A stretch of DNA of 63,629 nucleotides, counting the filler, from Asterionella formosa (taxonomy: Eukaryota): NCBI GenBank assembly GCA_002256025.1. It is 25 parts of 25 records of this genome, joined end to end, with 100 filler letters (N's around TTAATTAATTAA, not from the genome) between each part and the next. Parts side by side here need not be neighbours in the genome. Positions count along the whole stretch, not along the records: positions 4,848 to 22,710 come from NKIB01004247.1; positions 22,811 to 23,921 come from NKIB01004248.1; positions 24,022 to 25,132 come from NKIB01004249.1; positions 25,233 to 26,343 come from NKIB01004250.1; 21 more parts are not named here. One strand, 5' to 3'. A model generated the notes under the pieces. It made no database searches and was not told the origin of the DNA. It was given only the letters and a program-made list of their open reading frames with translations. The translations under genes were made by a program, and so were the position numbers. Positions 14,879-26,443 of this stretch are shown here, in pieces (the stretch's first letter is position 1; every line of letters starts with the position of its first letter).

Positions 14879-15699
14879 AATAATGGTTTGACAATGATGA
14901 TGATTTATATTACCCAATGCCATTCCATTTAAGTCACCGTCGAGAAAGTGTTTCAGAACCAGAGAGAGAGGCAAAATGCATTGTTATTGGACTGGCATTA
15001 TTATCTCCTCACACTTTCCCCATACATATATACCTATTATTCTAAAGAGTTATATTCAATAACTCTTCATGGTGGAAGCCTAGCTACCATATATATTAGC
15101 TACTGGTCTCACTATTTGTTGTGAATGTTAGTTAGTATATGTATTATAGTATAGGGAAAACTTGGAGTGTGCAGCAAGGACTTTTTGATCGCCCCACTAC
15201 CGGTAGTGTCCTTCATTCTTCCAAAACAACCGTGCGCATGGTTGCTTATATGAATACCAGTACATACATCTGTCGTATGATGAAAACATTTAACATATGA
15301 TTTGCATGAGATTGGGGTATTGTACCAGGTACTTAGGACCGGCAGTACGCCATGTGAATTACGTCGGCGATTAAAACAATAAATAAGTATTCTACTCCGG
15401 AGTAGAATGTGAAAGACTTTGAAAAAGCATCATGGTGTGTTTTGTGGTGTGGGTCCAAATTATATATAATTGTTTTTCTAATGACAAAGTGTATAGAATC
15501 TCGACACTATAATTCAAAAGATTTTTCTCCTGTGATGGTGGCATATCTAGAATAGTGGTGTGGTGTCGTAGTGCTTTGGGGGTACATAAATCCCTTCCTC
15601 TTGGATCGTATGGAATAGTATACGGTACTGGTAGTCTACAATTGTCAAATAATAACAACAACAGAATACCACATCATTCCATGGACCCCCGTCCCGTGG

Positions 15700-15982
15700 C
15701 TATCCCAACTTTTTGACTGACCCACTTTCCTTTCTGTACGTAAATTATAGTAAATAGTTGATTGGCAAAACAATGGGTTTAGCAATGATAAATACATGCA
15801 TACAGGTGTAGGAAAACAAAGACATACCTTCCAGCACGTTTGGCATCATTCTTTTCCTTTTTTGCGGCAGCCTTTTCTGGATTTGCTTTTGCTTTGTTGT
15901 CGTTTTTAATCTTTTTCTTTTCTCCCTGTGTCAATTTGTCTGATTTGACAAGGACTTTCTTTTCGGCTTGCTTTGGTGGCAT
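15700..15982 (-). CDS. Spliced 62-aa Lys/Ala-rich small protein (exons 15982-15828 and 15733-15700)
   Basis: GTATGT donor at 15827 and TACAG acceptor at 15734 (94-nt intron) give MPPKQAEKK...KRAGRKESGSVKKLG*; CT-rich 5' UTR and AAAATG start context. Confidence 0.8.
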
Positions 15983-16930
15983 TTTGGAGAGAGAGAGAGA
16001 GAGAGAGTGGTGGATGGAAGGGAAGAAGCGATTGGATCGTTACAAAAACGGAATCTGAAGAAATAATAATCGTGATTTGTAAATGGTACAATGGTACCAA
16101 CAATGCTGATTTTGGCCTTTTTTGTACGTGGAAACAAGACCAGGATAAGTAGAGGTAGCGGTGCAGCAATCAAAACCAAACGGTGGACTACTGTACTTGT
16201 ACTACCGGTAGACTCCTATTCAAACCGCAAGGCAGCTGCAAACTGGTGGTAGTATACTACGTATTGCAATCGGATGATGCACTGTACTGATACTGCATTA
16301 CATAGTATACCTGGAATGTGGTGGTGGTCGTGATGAGCGGACGAAGAAGAACTGAGGATAGGAAAAGCATCGGTTGGTAACAGATTCACGGTCCTTCGTC
16401 TTCCGTTCCACTACGTTATCATTCTCCCTACCGGTATTCATACAGCAATTCAGAAACCAAACCCGCCAACAATGAGACGCACAGCTGTGGTGTGGCGAGT
16501 CATCACCACCTACGTATAAATGTACCGGTACACATGTCCATTTGAGACATGGATGTCGTCAGACCGCCGACGAGCGAGAGCAAGACGATAGAAACAACAC
16601 CAAGGAAACCAAAAGTTAAGAAGCAAAGCAAGCATGGAAACAAAATGGAAGGGCGGAAGAATGCAAAAGAAGAAGAAATGGATTTAAAAACCGGTAGGGG
16701 GATCAGGCGGTATGAGGAATGTGGGAGATTTTTTGTCCTCCTCTTTCTCTTCCGCTCAACGCACGCTTTGTCTCGCACCCCACAAGATACCAGGTACTGG
16801 TAGTGTGGTTATTACCTGGTACCAGGTACCTTCCTTGTACTAAAGAAGGTCCGGTAAAATACGGTTTTTACTTGAAAACAGATTTGGCTAAATATCTCGA
16901 TTACCGGACCTTCCGGATATGGTACCGGTA

Positions 16931-17126
16931 TAGGAATCCCGCACTGATCAACACAGACGTATATAGGGTTCGAATTATTTCATACATGTCAGAACTCAAT
17001 AATGAGAGAACTCAACTAACACCTATTGTATACTTTGGTGTCAACTTAGAGAATGAGTTGCACACAAGGATTAACTAATAAGCTCAATTATTCAACAAAT
17101 ACTACAACTTCTAGTTAGATACTTCA
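16931..17126 (+). mobile_element. Solo LTR of the gypsy family at 806-986
   Basis: Shares ...CACACAAGGATTAAC.AATAAGCTCA...CTTCTAGTTAGATACTTCA with 806-986. Confidence 0.8.
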
Positions 17127-18571
17127 AGATATAGCAGGTACAAGCCAGGTAGGTAACAGGTACCCAGCACCCTACTACCACCTGAATACTGAGAGTCATC
17201 CTTATTTTCCCCTAAGTAATGACTAAAACTATTTTTGTCCATTGTCATGGTAATGTTCAAGCAAATACCGGTAAGTAGCTTATTTGTACTAGTAGCTCTT
17301 GATTTGGTTTATCTATGAACTTTTTTGTTTTGAGAATGGCAGATCCATGCCTAGCTACTTCTTCAATGTGTTCACGTGGAAAAGCTCTTGAATTTGATAT
17401 TGGGAAAGCTGGAGCTGAAATTGTACAGGACTTCCTCAAACATGTTCATATAGCAGTTACAAGGAAGCTACTACAATGAGTTTGAACCCATCAATGTGTA
17501 ATATACTTTGATTTTAAGTTCATCATGAATGAACTCAACCAGGCTAGTTCTACAAATGTATCAAAACTTTGATCTTTTTTCGATTATTTCGGTTGCAATG
17601 CTTAGGATGTTTTGCTATATCTAATCTATGTAGGAGTGTACATATGGAGTAATAAGTAATTATTTCATAGTTATCATTCTCAATTATACTATGAATTGCT
17701 ACCTGTAGTCAGAAGAATGTGAATGAGAACACATGTTTCACAGGTAACATGTATGTACCTGTGTATGTATTGAATAAGTCTCTACAACAATAAGAGTAAG
17801 AATCAGTATACTGGTTGTAAATATGTCCAATCTATGTAGTGTACTGGTACATATGTACCATTATGTAGTTGTTACACAGTGGTGCTCAATCTCGTGTTCA
17901 TAATTATGTACTACAAATTGCGTGCTGGTCTTTGTAGAAGAGCCTATGATATTGTATATGCATAGGACTTACATTATCTATTTTATGTAGGTATAGCTAA
18001 TACCATACATACTAGGTCATGGTTTAACCCAAATTCTCCTACCATTTCGACAAGAACAGACATGAATTGTTAACCTACAAGTGTGAACATTGCTACTCCA
18101 TTTATAGCAGGGAACAACTTTGTCTGAAACAGAATCAGTATATCTCGAATATTCATCCCAAAACAAGTATTGTCAGCTTTTACTTTGGAGTGTGCTCATC
18201 TGCACTTATGTCTTTGTTCGCTTTAGCCTTATGTTTCACCAACAATTGTTATTTATTTTGTAATGTGATGCTCAATTCCAAAATCGAGTGAGTCAAATAA
18301 TGGACTCTGATGTCCGTCTTGTGGTTCCCTGCAGTTGCGTAGAAATTATCGTCATCAGTGTGTGTCAAAGTGTCCGGAAAAACATGTGTAAACAGCTCAT
18401 CTCACTCGATGGCCGTCATGAAAGTGATATGAACACCGGTTTAGGAGTCTTTTTAACAAAATTTTCTATTGCCCTTTCAGGCGCCAAAGCAACGTTTGAA
18501 GCTGAAAAGGTTTGACAGTATCTATGTCGCTAATGCCAGAATAAAACTGTATGCATTCTTACTATGAAGAA

Positions 18572-18660
18572 AAAATCAACGGACTCTTTCTACCCTAAAG
18601 TCACGAGGATTGAATGAAAATCAACGGACTCTTTCTACTCTTAAGTCATGAGGATTGAAT
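18572..18660 (+). repeat. About 45-bp tandem duplication (AAAATCAACGGACTCTTTCTAC...GAGGATTGAATG, two copies)
   Basis: Seen directly. Confidence 0.85.
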
Positions 18661-19217
18661 GTCAGCAGTCAGGCCAAGAGGCATTGCTTACCAGTGCCCT
18701 GGTACCTGGTACTTCCCTGGTATGTACCAATATCCTCCCCTGCAAACACAATACCTGGTACCTGGTACCAGGGTACCGAATAAAGGGAATGTTGCTACCG
18801 TAGGTACGAACTTGTTGTATCCACAAGACAATCGAATAAAAGCACCACCAACAAGTGTGACATCACTATACTAACGGTAAAATACTTGTGTGCCCCCTGG
18901 AGGTTTAATAAATATTTATGCATGACACATGCCGGGGGGGGGCATCATATATATATATACAAATATATATATAAACAAGATTTAAATAGAGGGAAAGTAT
19001 TAGGTGTACACAAGGTATCCAATGGTTCCTGGTAGTGTGTGTGGAAGACAAACAAAAATGCTGAAAATATAATTGAACTTTGATCGATCTTGTGTCCATT
19101 TGACTTCCACAATCCCCCCATTATATCTTGATTGTTGCATCTTTCTATCCACACCTACCCCAGTTATCACTACTAAGCTAGCCACCGTGATACCAGGCAC
19201 TGCAGTAGCGGGCAGCC

Positions 19218-22200
19218 ATGGGTCGTCGCTCGGCAATTCTCTCTCGTTTCTGTTTCAGATTCTGCTTCTATGTCGCATTTGTTCTTCCATTGGTAAAGGC
19301 TGACTTTGGTGACTACGTCGATCCAACCTTCGACTGCCCTGCACACATTACTTGCCTTCCCGTCTGCGCTGCTTCTGAAGGAGACTGCCCTCTACAACTC
19401 ACTTGCAGCAACGGCAGCACCCTCTGTCCCGATGGATCTTGCGCTGCGACGTGCGATGCATCATTGCCCAATCTCTGCGAGGAGAACTCCTGCGGAAAGA
19501 ACATCACGTGTGCTCGCATCGTTCTTTCACAACCAGACTGTACCTTGTTCTTTCGAGAGTGGTACACCAATGCCACCGAAGGCGAGACGTGTGTGGTGGA
19601 CGAGGTGGAATTGCTGGATTTCAAAGGGGCTGACTTTGTCATCTTTTATGCCTTCTTTGGTGCGGTCTGCTTTCTGATTGTGGCATACCCCGCCTTCAAT
19701 CAGCGATTCTTTCCCATTGGTGACACGGTACCATTGGACGATTTCTCCAAGGAATCGCTATTGTCCGGTCTACCCACGGAACACAAGGGATGGACACAAA
19801 CGTCAGTTCGAAAGACTCTGCTTGGGTCATTCCTCTTCTTCCTCACATCGCTGACCCTATGGGGCATTCAAGTGCTTCTTTTGATACTCGTCGTGTTCTA
19901 CTACAGACAGCAACGCGGTGAGTTCAAGCCTATCACCCTCAACCCTTTTCAAGATGAGATTCAGGTCCTTAAGGCTTTTCAAATTGTGTGGATGGTGGGT
20001 CTGGTCTTTTCATTGTGTCTGCAATGGCCTCCTACCATGGAGTCTCTTTTCTTACGCCGGTGTGTTGGTGCTCAGGCTACTTTTGTTGCAGTCTTTGCGC
20101 CATCGACTGCTCCTGAACTCAAGACAACCACTAGTAACCGGGGTGTGGCCATGGTTAAGGGTTTCATGAACAGTGTCAACAAGTGCTTCACAACTATATT
20201 CGCCTTCCTCTTTTCGGACGTGATTCGGCCCAAACACATTCGAGGAGGCCTACATTACTGTCCAGTGTTGGTTGACGCTGATGGAACACGATCGTTTTTC
20301 TTTCGATTGAGACGCTATGTTTATAGCGAGGAAACGGGATGTTATGTTCCAGGAATTCTTGAAGTGGGTTCGACATTAAAAGACTTCCAGAACTGTATTC
20401 ATGGCTTGACCGAAAGTGAAGCGAATCATCGTCGTTCCAAGATTGGGCACAACTCTATTGATTTGAAGAAACCCAGCTTCTTCGTTGGTATTATTGAGGA
20501 GTTCAGCAAAACGTTTTATATTTATCAAAATTTCATAACATGGGTAGGTATATGAACAACCATTTCTTATTTGAGAATGCATTAGTTGGACGCTAATATG
20601 TTCTCATGGTCCCTATTCGTTACAGGGATGGTTGAATTACTGGTACTACTATATGGGTATTGTTCAAACCATCGTTCGAGTAACTGGTGGTTTGGCAGTA
20701 GCCTATATTAAGTATGTTAATGACTGCAACCTGTATAGGCTTAGTCTTTCCTTTGGCGAGGTGAAAGTGCTTCGTGACGGAGCATTTGTCACCCTTCCTC
20801 AAAAAGCCATCGTGCCGGGAGATGTCATTGTGGTGTCTCCAGGAATTGCTTGCTGTGACATGATACTCATTTCATCAGATAATGTTATCGTGGAAGAGAG
20901 TGCATTGACTGGGGAGGCAAATCCTGTCGCCAAGGCACAAATCGACGTCACGGAAGGAACAGGGAAGCGTTACGATCCAAAGGCTCATAAGAAATACACC
21001 ATTTTCGCAGGAACCAATATTCTCGAATCAAATCCATATGACCAAGACCTGGCAGTCGTTACTCACACGGGTACTTTTACAGCCAAGGGTGAACTTCTAC
21101 GTGACATTTTATTCTATGAGCGCCATCGATTCAAATTTGACGTTGAAGTGGAGTTGGTGGTGGCCATTCTCCTGTTGTATGCAGTTTTTGCATTCTCTAT
21201 TACCATTCACATTTTGGGCGAGTCGGAGTGGGTCTATGGATGGTTCTATGCCCTGTATGTCCTCGCAGCCGCACTTCCTCCTTTGCTACCAACCGTTTTT
21301 GTGGTGTCTGTTGGAATATCCTCCCAACGACTCATTACAAAGGATATTGCAGTTGCTGACTCTGGAGGTATTCTTGTTGCTGGGAAGGTCCGCATAGCTT
21401 TCTTTGACAAGACGGGGACATTGACCAGACAAGGGTTGGAATTTAGTAGTATGCAAGGCGCGGAAGGAGGAAAGTGGATCGATTCATCAGAAGAGTCTGT
21501 TCCTCCAAAATTGAGATTGGGCATGACGGTTTGTCATACTTTGACCAAGTCACGAGATGGTTCGCTCTTAGGAAATTCGGTGGATTGCATCATGTTCCAA
21601 GCAACTGATGCCACATTCGAACAGGTGGAAGGAAAGCCGATGAAAGTCACGGACTCTGGTGGTCAGCAGATCACTGTCATCAAACGCTTTGAATTTGATT
21701 ATCATCGTATGACTCAAAGCGTCCTAGTCAAGACACAGGAAAACAAATTGCTTGTGCTGGTTAAGGGAAGCATCGACAGTGTGTCCAAGTTATGTTCGTC
21801 CGATAGTCTTCCAGTCGATTGTTCGAGCCTTGCTGCCAAAGCTGCTCGGGATGGTATTTATCAAATATCGATTGCCATTCGCAGCTGCGGAGAGGCCACT
21901 CCAGAGTTGGAAGATAAATTCGCAACTATGGACCGCGAAGACTTTGAGAAAGAGTTGTCTTTTATTGGGTTCGTCAACTTTAAGAACACACTGAAGGAAG
22001 ACTCGGCAGAAGTCCTCAAGGTGTTGGAGGAAGGAGATGTGCGTTGCTACATGGTGACTGGGGATAGTGTACTCACCGGCATTTGCATCGCTAAAGAATG
22101 CGGCATTATCCATCAAGACGGCGCCGTCATTCTTGGTAATTCCATTGACGACCAGGGAAACATAATGTGGGTAGATTGGACAAATGACGAAGTTGTGAAG

Positions 22201-22710
22201 CTTCCACCTTTGAATATGCTGAATCAAAGGAATGGGTGCCTTGCCATGAAGGGTTCTGTGTGGGCCGCCCTCCCTGAAGATATGAAGAAGACACTGGCCC
22301 CGTTCATTCGTGTATATGGTCGATGCACGCCACACGACAAGGTTTCTGTAGTTGCCACGTTTGTGGATATGGGGTTTGTGACTCTTATGTGCGGTGATGG
22401 AGGTAACGATTGTGGTGCTCTCAAGACAGCTCATGTGGGAATCGCGTTGAGTGATGCTGAGGCAAGTGTTGTCGCCCCCTTTACTTCATTGAATAAATCC
22501 ATCAGTTCTGTGGTTGAGGTCTTGAAAGAAGGACGATGCGCCTTGGCCTCGTCATTTGCTGCTTACAAGTAAGTTCAGTGGGCTGACTTTTTTGCTGTTG
22601 CTTACCCACACCTGTCTCTCAAATATTTTTGCGCTTCTAAGGTATATGGTGATGTACGGGCAAGTGGAGGTAATCAACCAAGTCGCCAATGCTTGGTTTA
22701 ACATAACATT
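19218..22710 (+). CDS. P5-type (ATP13A-like) P-type ATPase, 3' truncated; exons 19218-20543, 20626-22568, 22642->22710
   Basis: ESALTGE (A domain), PPLLP (M4), FDKTGTLT (phosphorylation site), MVTGD and MCGDGGNDCGALKTAHVGIALS (P5 signature); GT-AG introns of 82 and 73 nt restore the frame. Confidence 0.93.
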
Positions 22711-23084
22711 NNNNNNNNNNNNNNNNNNNNNNNNNNNNNNNNNNNNNNNNNNNNTTAATTAATTAANNNNNNNNNNNNNNNNNNNNNNNNNNNNNNNNNN
22801 NNNNNNNNNNAGCAGCGTTTGTGTAACAATGTTAAGACATGTCGAGTTTCTTTAAAGCATACTATATTTCAATAATTTGTATAGCGCATTAGTAATAGCC
22901 TAGCTACAGGATTTTATTCATTGCGCTCCATGGCCCAGAAAAATGTGGTGGGCAGTGGAGAGTTTTGGGGTGGTCACTCCCTTGTGTAGGAGTCTTGTAA
23001 AAAAGTTGTTTTGCCATCATTTTTTGTAGCCAGGTCCATGAATAATACTTGTCTTGCATGTGGGTCAAGAACCTGGATTTTTTG

Positions 23085-23700
23085 CTTTGTTTGTTTCATT
23101 GTGTCATTCCTAAAATTTGTCTAAGCATCATTCCTCAACTGAATGATGCTGTTGCATGGATTTTGGTCATTTGGTCTATCTCCATGTGTTTCTTGTTTTG
23201 TTTCATTCTTGTGTCTTTCCTACAATTTGTCTAAGCATCATTCCTCAACTGAATGATGCTGTTGGATGGATTTTGGTCATTTGGTCTTTCTCCATGTGTT
23301 TCTTGTCAATTCTTGTGGTTGCCTCTTTCATCTGTTTGTTGTTCAATATGTACAGTGTAGGTACGGTGGGACGTGATTTGGATGCGTGGACATCGTCAAA
23401 AGCCTTATTCAATTTAATGATACTGTTGGGTGGATTTTTTTGTTTTGGTTTATCTCCATGAGTTTCTTGTCAATTCTTGTGGTTCTTTCATCAGTTTTTT
23501 GTTCAATATGTACTGTGTAGGTATGGTGGGACGTGATTTGGATGTGTGGACATCGTCAAAGGCCTTGTTCAATTTATTGACGCTGTTGGGTGGATTTTGG
23601 TTGTGTTGGTCTATCTCCATGATGAGTTTCTTGTCAATTCTTGAAGTTTTTTTCCTCTCTTTATTGTACAATATGTACTGTGTAGGTGCGGTGGGAAGGA
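23085..23700. repeat. Imperfect tandem repeats (about 113-bp unit x2, then about 165-175-bp unit x2.5)
   Basis: AATTTGTCTAAGCATCATTCCTCAACTGAATGATGCTGTTG twice; GGTGGGACGTGATTTGGATG.GTGGACATCGTCAAA twice; TCTCCATG.GTTTCTTGTCAATTCTTG-like three times. Confidence 0.85.
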
Positions 23701-23730
23701 AACGGCCTGTCTGTATCTGATTTGGATGCA

Positions 23731-23855
23731 GAGGAATGGCATAGTGGATAGCACACATGTTGTGGTGGCAGGTTCGATTCTTGCATTCTCCACCTGCTGT
23801 CTTTTTCATGTAGTCCCTAGGGTTCCAGGGGGTGCGGCTGACGAAAAGACAGGTC
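23731..23855 (+). mobile_element. Candidate tRNA(Gly)-derived SINE, copy 1
   Basis: Pol III A box TGGCATAGTGG (23737), B box GGTTCGATTCT in a 5-bp T-stem (23771), TCTCCA, then a tail shared with 43561-43673. Confidence 0.6.
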
Positions 23856-24021
23856 CCGTTGTACCGTACAGACGAATAAAACCGGTACTAATTGTGTCCA
23901 TTTATTCATTCATTTGGGCACNNNNNNNNNNNNNNNNNNNNNNNNNNNNNNNNNNNNNNNNNNNNTTAATTAATTAANNNNNNNNNNNNNNNNNNNNNNN
24001 NNNNNNNNNNNNNNNNNNNNN

Positions 24022-24088
24022 GTCGTCGAGCAAGAAGCGGATTACGCTTGAATTTGCGTGTCTTCACTACAACAGCTCCGTCAACCAT
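24022..24088 (-). CDS. RPS24: 40S ribosomal protein eS24, 5' fragment (allele 1)
   Basis: MVDGAVVVKTRKFKRNPLLARR matches the eS24 N-terminus (V..RTRKF..N.LL.R). Confidence 0.85.
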
Positions 24089-24493
24089 GGTGAATTGATT
24101 GTTTTTGTTATAAACTACCCGAGACGATGATGCGCAAGACGATCAATTGGGAAATTAGTAACATCGGTAAGACGGTAAAAGAGTCGAGTTGTAAGTAGCA
24201 GCGGACAGACGAAGGGGCCTTCACTCCATGCGCTTACCGCACACTAGCCCATGCACCATGGTGCATGCCAGTGATAAATTATCCTACCCGTTGACCTACT
24301 ACCCGGTACCAGTTACATTGGTCGTATCATAAGTACCAGATATGGTGTATGACTACGTGCATGCAAGTTGCGGTCACAATTTATTTAGTTTAGGATAAAG
24401 AGTCCCGCAATGGGACCAGGTGACATGGTACCAGGTACCGTTTGGTCACCGGAAGTACCCTTGGCACCAGGCACCAGGTACCTAAGTATTACT

Positions 24494-24705
24494 TGTAAAA
24501 ATCAACCCAGGTTGTATTTTTCTGTAGGCCTCAAGTATCGTTCTACTGCGGATGGTAAAATACCTTGACGGTATTTTTCCGTACTTGATCACGAGAAAAT
24601 ACAGTATTGTACAACAAAGAAAAAATCAACCCGGTTGCATTGACGGTTGATTTTGTACTCCCTTTTTGGTTGAAAAATCAACTCTGATTAGTCGTAGAAA
24701 GGCCG
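24494..24705 (+). repeat. Dispersed repeat of about 210 bp (second copy 63368-63570)
   Basis: TCAACCCA.GTTGTATTTTTCTGTAG ... TCAACCCGGTTGCATTG.CGGTTGA ... TCAACTC.GATTAGTCGTA shared; internal TCAACC/GGTTGA inverted motifs. Confidence 0.75.
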
Positions 24706-24851
24706 GGATGTGCGTGATGATGCATAAAAATATGCACATGAAGCAAGATGGTGGTACCGGTACCAGGTACCTGGTACCAGGGTACTCAGCTTACCGGCAA
24801 GTTGCGGTAATTTTGCGAAACGAGCAGTATCCAAACTTTAGTGCTACATAC

Positions 24852-25046
24852 TGAGCAATCCTGCACATCGATACAGATATATATAGAGTTGGGGTTATGT
24901 CAAATATATCGGAATTCAATAATGAGAGAACTCGACTAACACCCATTCTATACTTTGATGTCAGTTCAGGAAATGAGTTATACATAAGGATTAATTAATA
25001 AGCTCATATATTCAACAAATACTACTACTTCTAGTTAGATACTTCA
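24852..25046 (+). mobile_element. Solo LTR of the gypsy family at 806-986
   Basis: TGAGC...GATACTTCA, homologous throughout. Confidence 0.85.
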
Positions 25047-25238
25047 CTTTGAATTCAAAAAGAGTCGAATTAGAAGACAACAAACATGGCAATGTATTCA
25101 AGGGTTCCTGTGATTCCTTTGATCAAAGACTANNNNNNNNNNNNNNNNNNNNNNNNNNNNNNNNNNNNNNNNNNNNTTAATTAATTAANNNNNNNNNNNN
25201 NNNNNNNNNNNNNNNNNNNNNNNNNNNNNNNNTTCATC

Positions 25239-26225
25239 ATGACTTTGAATGGACCAACTAATGCCGACATTCTCCTCGGTCGCTCAACGAGCTGTTTCAA
25301 TCATCCTGGCAACAAAGCTTTTCGCGCTTTTATCCATGAGAATTTACATGAGTACCTCGAAGCTGGTATTGCCAGAAAGGACCGGATTAGAGCGATTAAG
25401 TCTTTGATTGGTCGCATCCGCGCTCAAAATTGTCGGTTCCTCCTCCGAGATTCTAACCAGCAATGGGTTGATGTCTCCAATGAACCCATCGCTCACCATA
25501 AGGTTTCTCACGCCTTGAGAGATGCGGCTAAGAACCGCTCCATCAACACTTCACTTCCTCGGCGTGACAGGAATCGCTCCACAGCGCAGTCGTTGTTAGC
25601 ATCACAAAAGCCTATTGGTCAAGTTCAGAAGTCACCAGAGCCCTTAGCCGACCACATTAGTACACTCCAACACGATCAAGGTCGAACTACAAGATCACAT
25701 GAGAAGGTATTTGTTGCTCGTCATTTCTACTTTTCTAAGAACGGAGCATCAGATCGTGATGATGTACTCAATGTCGACCAATCCTCACGTCGGGGTGTTG
25801 CATCCACTCACAGCCAGTCGTCTTTCTATGGTAATGAGAACCACCATACCATGGAAATGCTGGACGACTGGGTATACATCCACCACTGCCAGCAGCATGA
25901 TACAACAAAGGAAGTAAATGACCTTCGATTGGAATATAAGGCCTTTCTCCAGTGTGCTCTTGGTATCGTCAATGATAATGATGATCATGATCATGAGAGG
26001 TTATCAGAAGACTCGCTATCTCCAAGAATGCCGCTTAGATCTGGTCACTTGCAGTTGGGAGCATGGCCAGATGATATGCATGGTGATGTGACTTTATCAG
26101 GCAGCTCGCCATTGACCAGAATGTTTGTTCAAGGAGCAGGACATTTGCAGTTGGAAGACTGTTCAGAGGCACCAGATGATGACGAGATGGACTTGGTACT
26201 TCTGAGATACTTTGGCCTGATGTGA
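25239..26225 (+). CDS. DUF6824-domain protein (family expanded in diatoms)
   Basis: DILLGR...NHPGN..FR..I...Y.......I......RFL.....W..V......KVSHALRD followed by a low-complexity tail. Confidence 0.85.
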   Translation: MTLNGPTNADILLGRSTSCFNHPGNKAFRAFIHENLHEYLEAGIARKDRIRAIKSLIGRIRAQNCRFLLRDSNQQWVDVSNEPIAHHKVSHALRDAAKNRSINTSLPRRDRNRSTAQSLLASQKPIGQVQKSPEPLADHISTLQHDQGRTTRSHEKVFVARHFYFSKNGASDRDDVLNVDQSSRRGVASTHSQSSFYGNENHHTMEMLDDWVYIHHCQQHDTTKEVNDLRLEYKAFLQCALGIVNDNDDHDHERLSEDSLSPRMPLRSGHLQLGAWPDDMHGDVTLSGSSPLTRMFVQGAGHLQLEDCSEAPDDDEMDLVLLRYFGLM

Positions 26226-26443
26226 AATAAACCAGACCACCCAGTATGTTACCAGATATGACCTTTGACGGCTGTAGATATCATGGTCTTCGAATTTATT
26301 TGAGCTTCGACTCTTCCCCTTATTATTGTTCCAAAGTCGGTTANNNNNNNNNNNNNNNNNNNNNNNNNNNNNNNNNNNNNNNNNNNNTTAATTAATTAAN
26401 NNNNNNNNNNNNNNNNNNNNNNNNNNNNNNNNNNNNNNNNNNN

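Noticed and set aside
23793..23855. Hammerhead or HDV-like ribozyme in the SINE-like tail (CTGACGA..GAAA; GGC.GA)
   Set aside because: No stem II between the hammerhead motifs, and I could not build P1/P3/P1.1 for an HDV fold in both copies; an Infernal or RNArobo search would settle it
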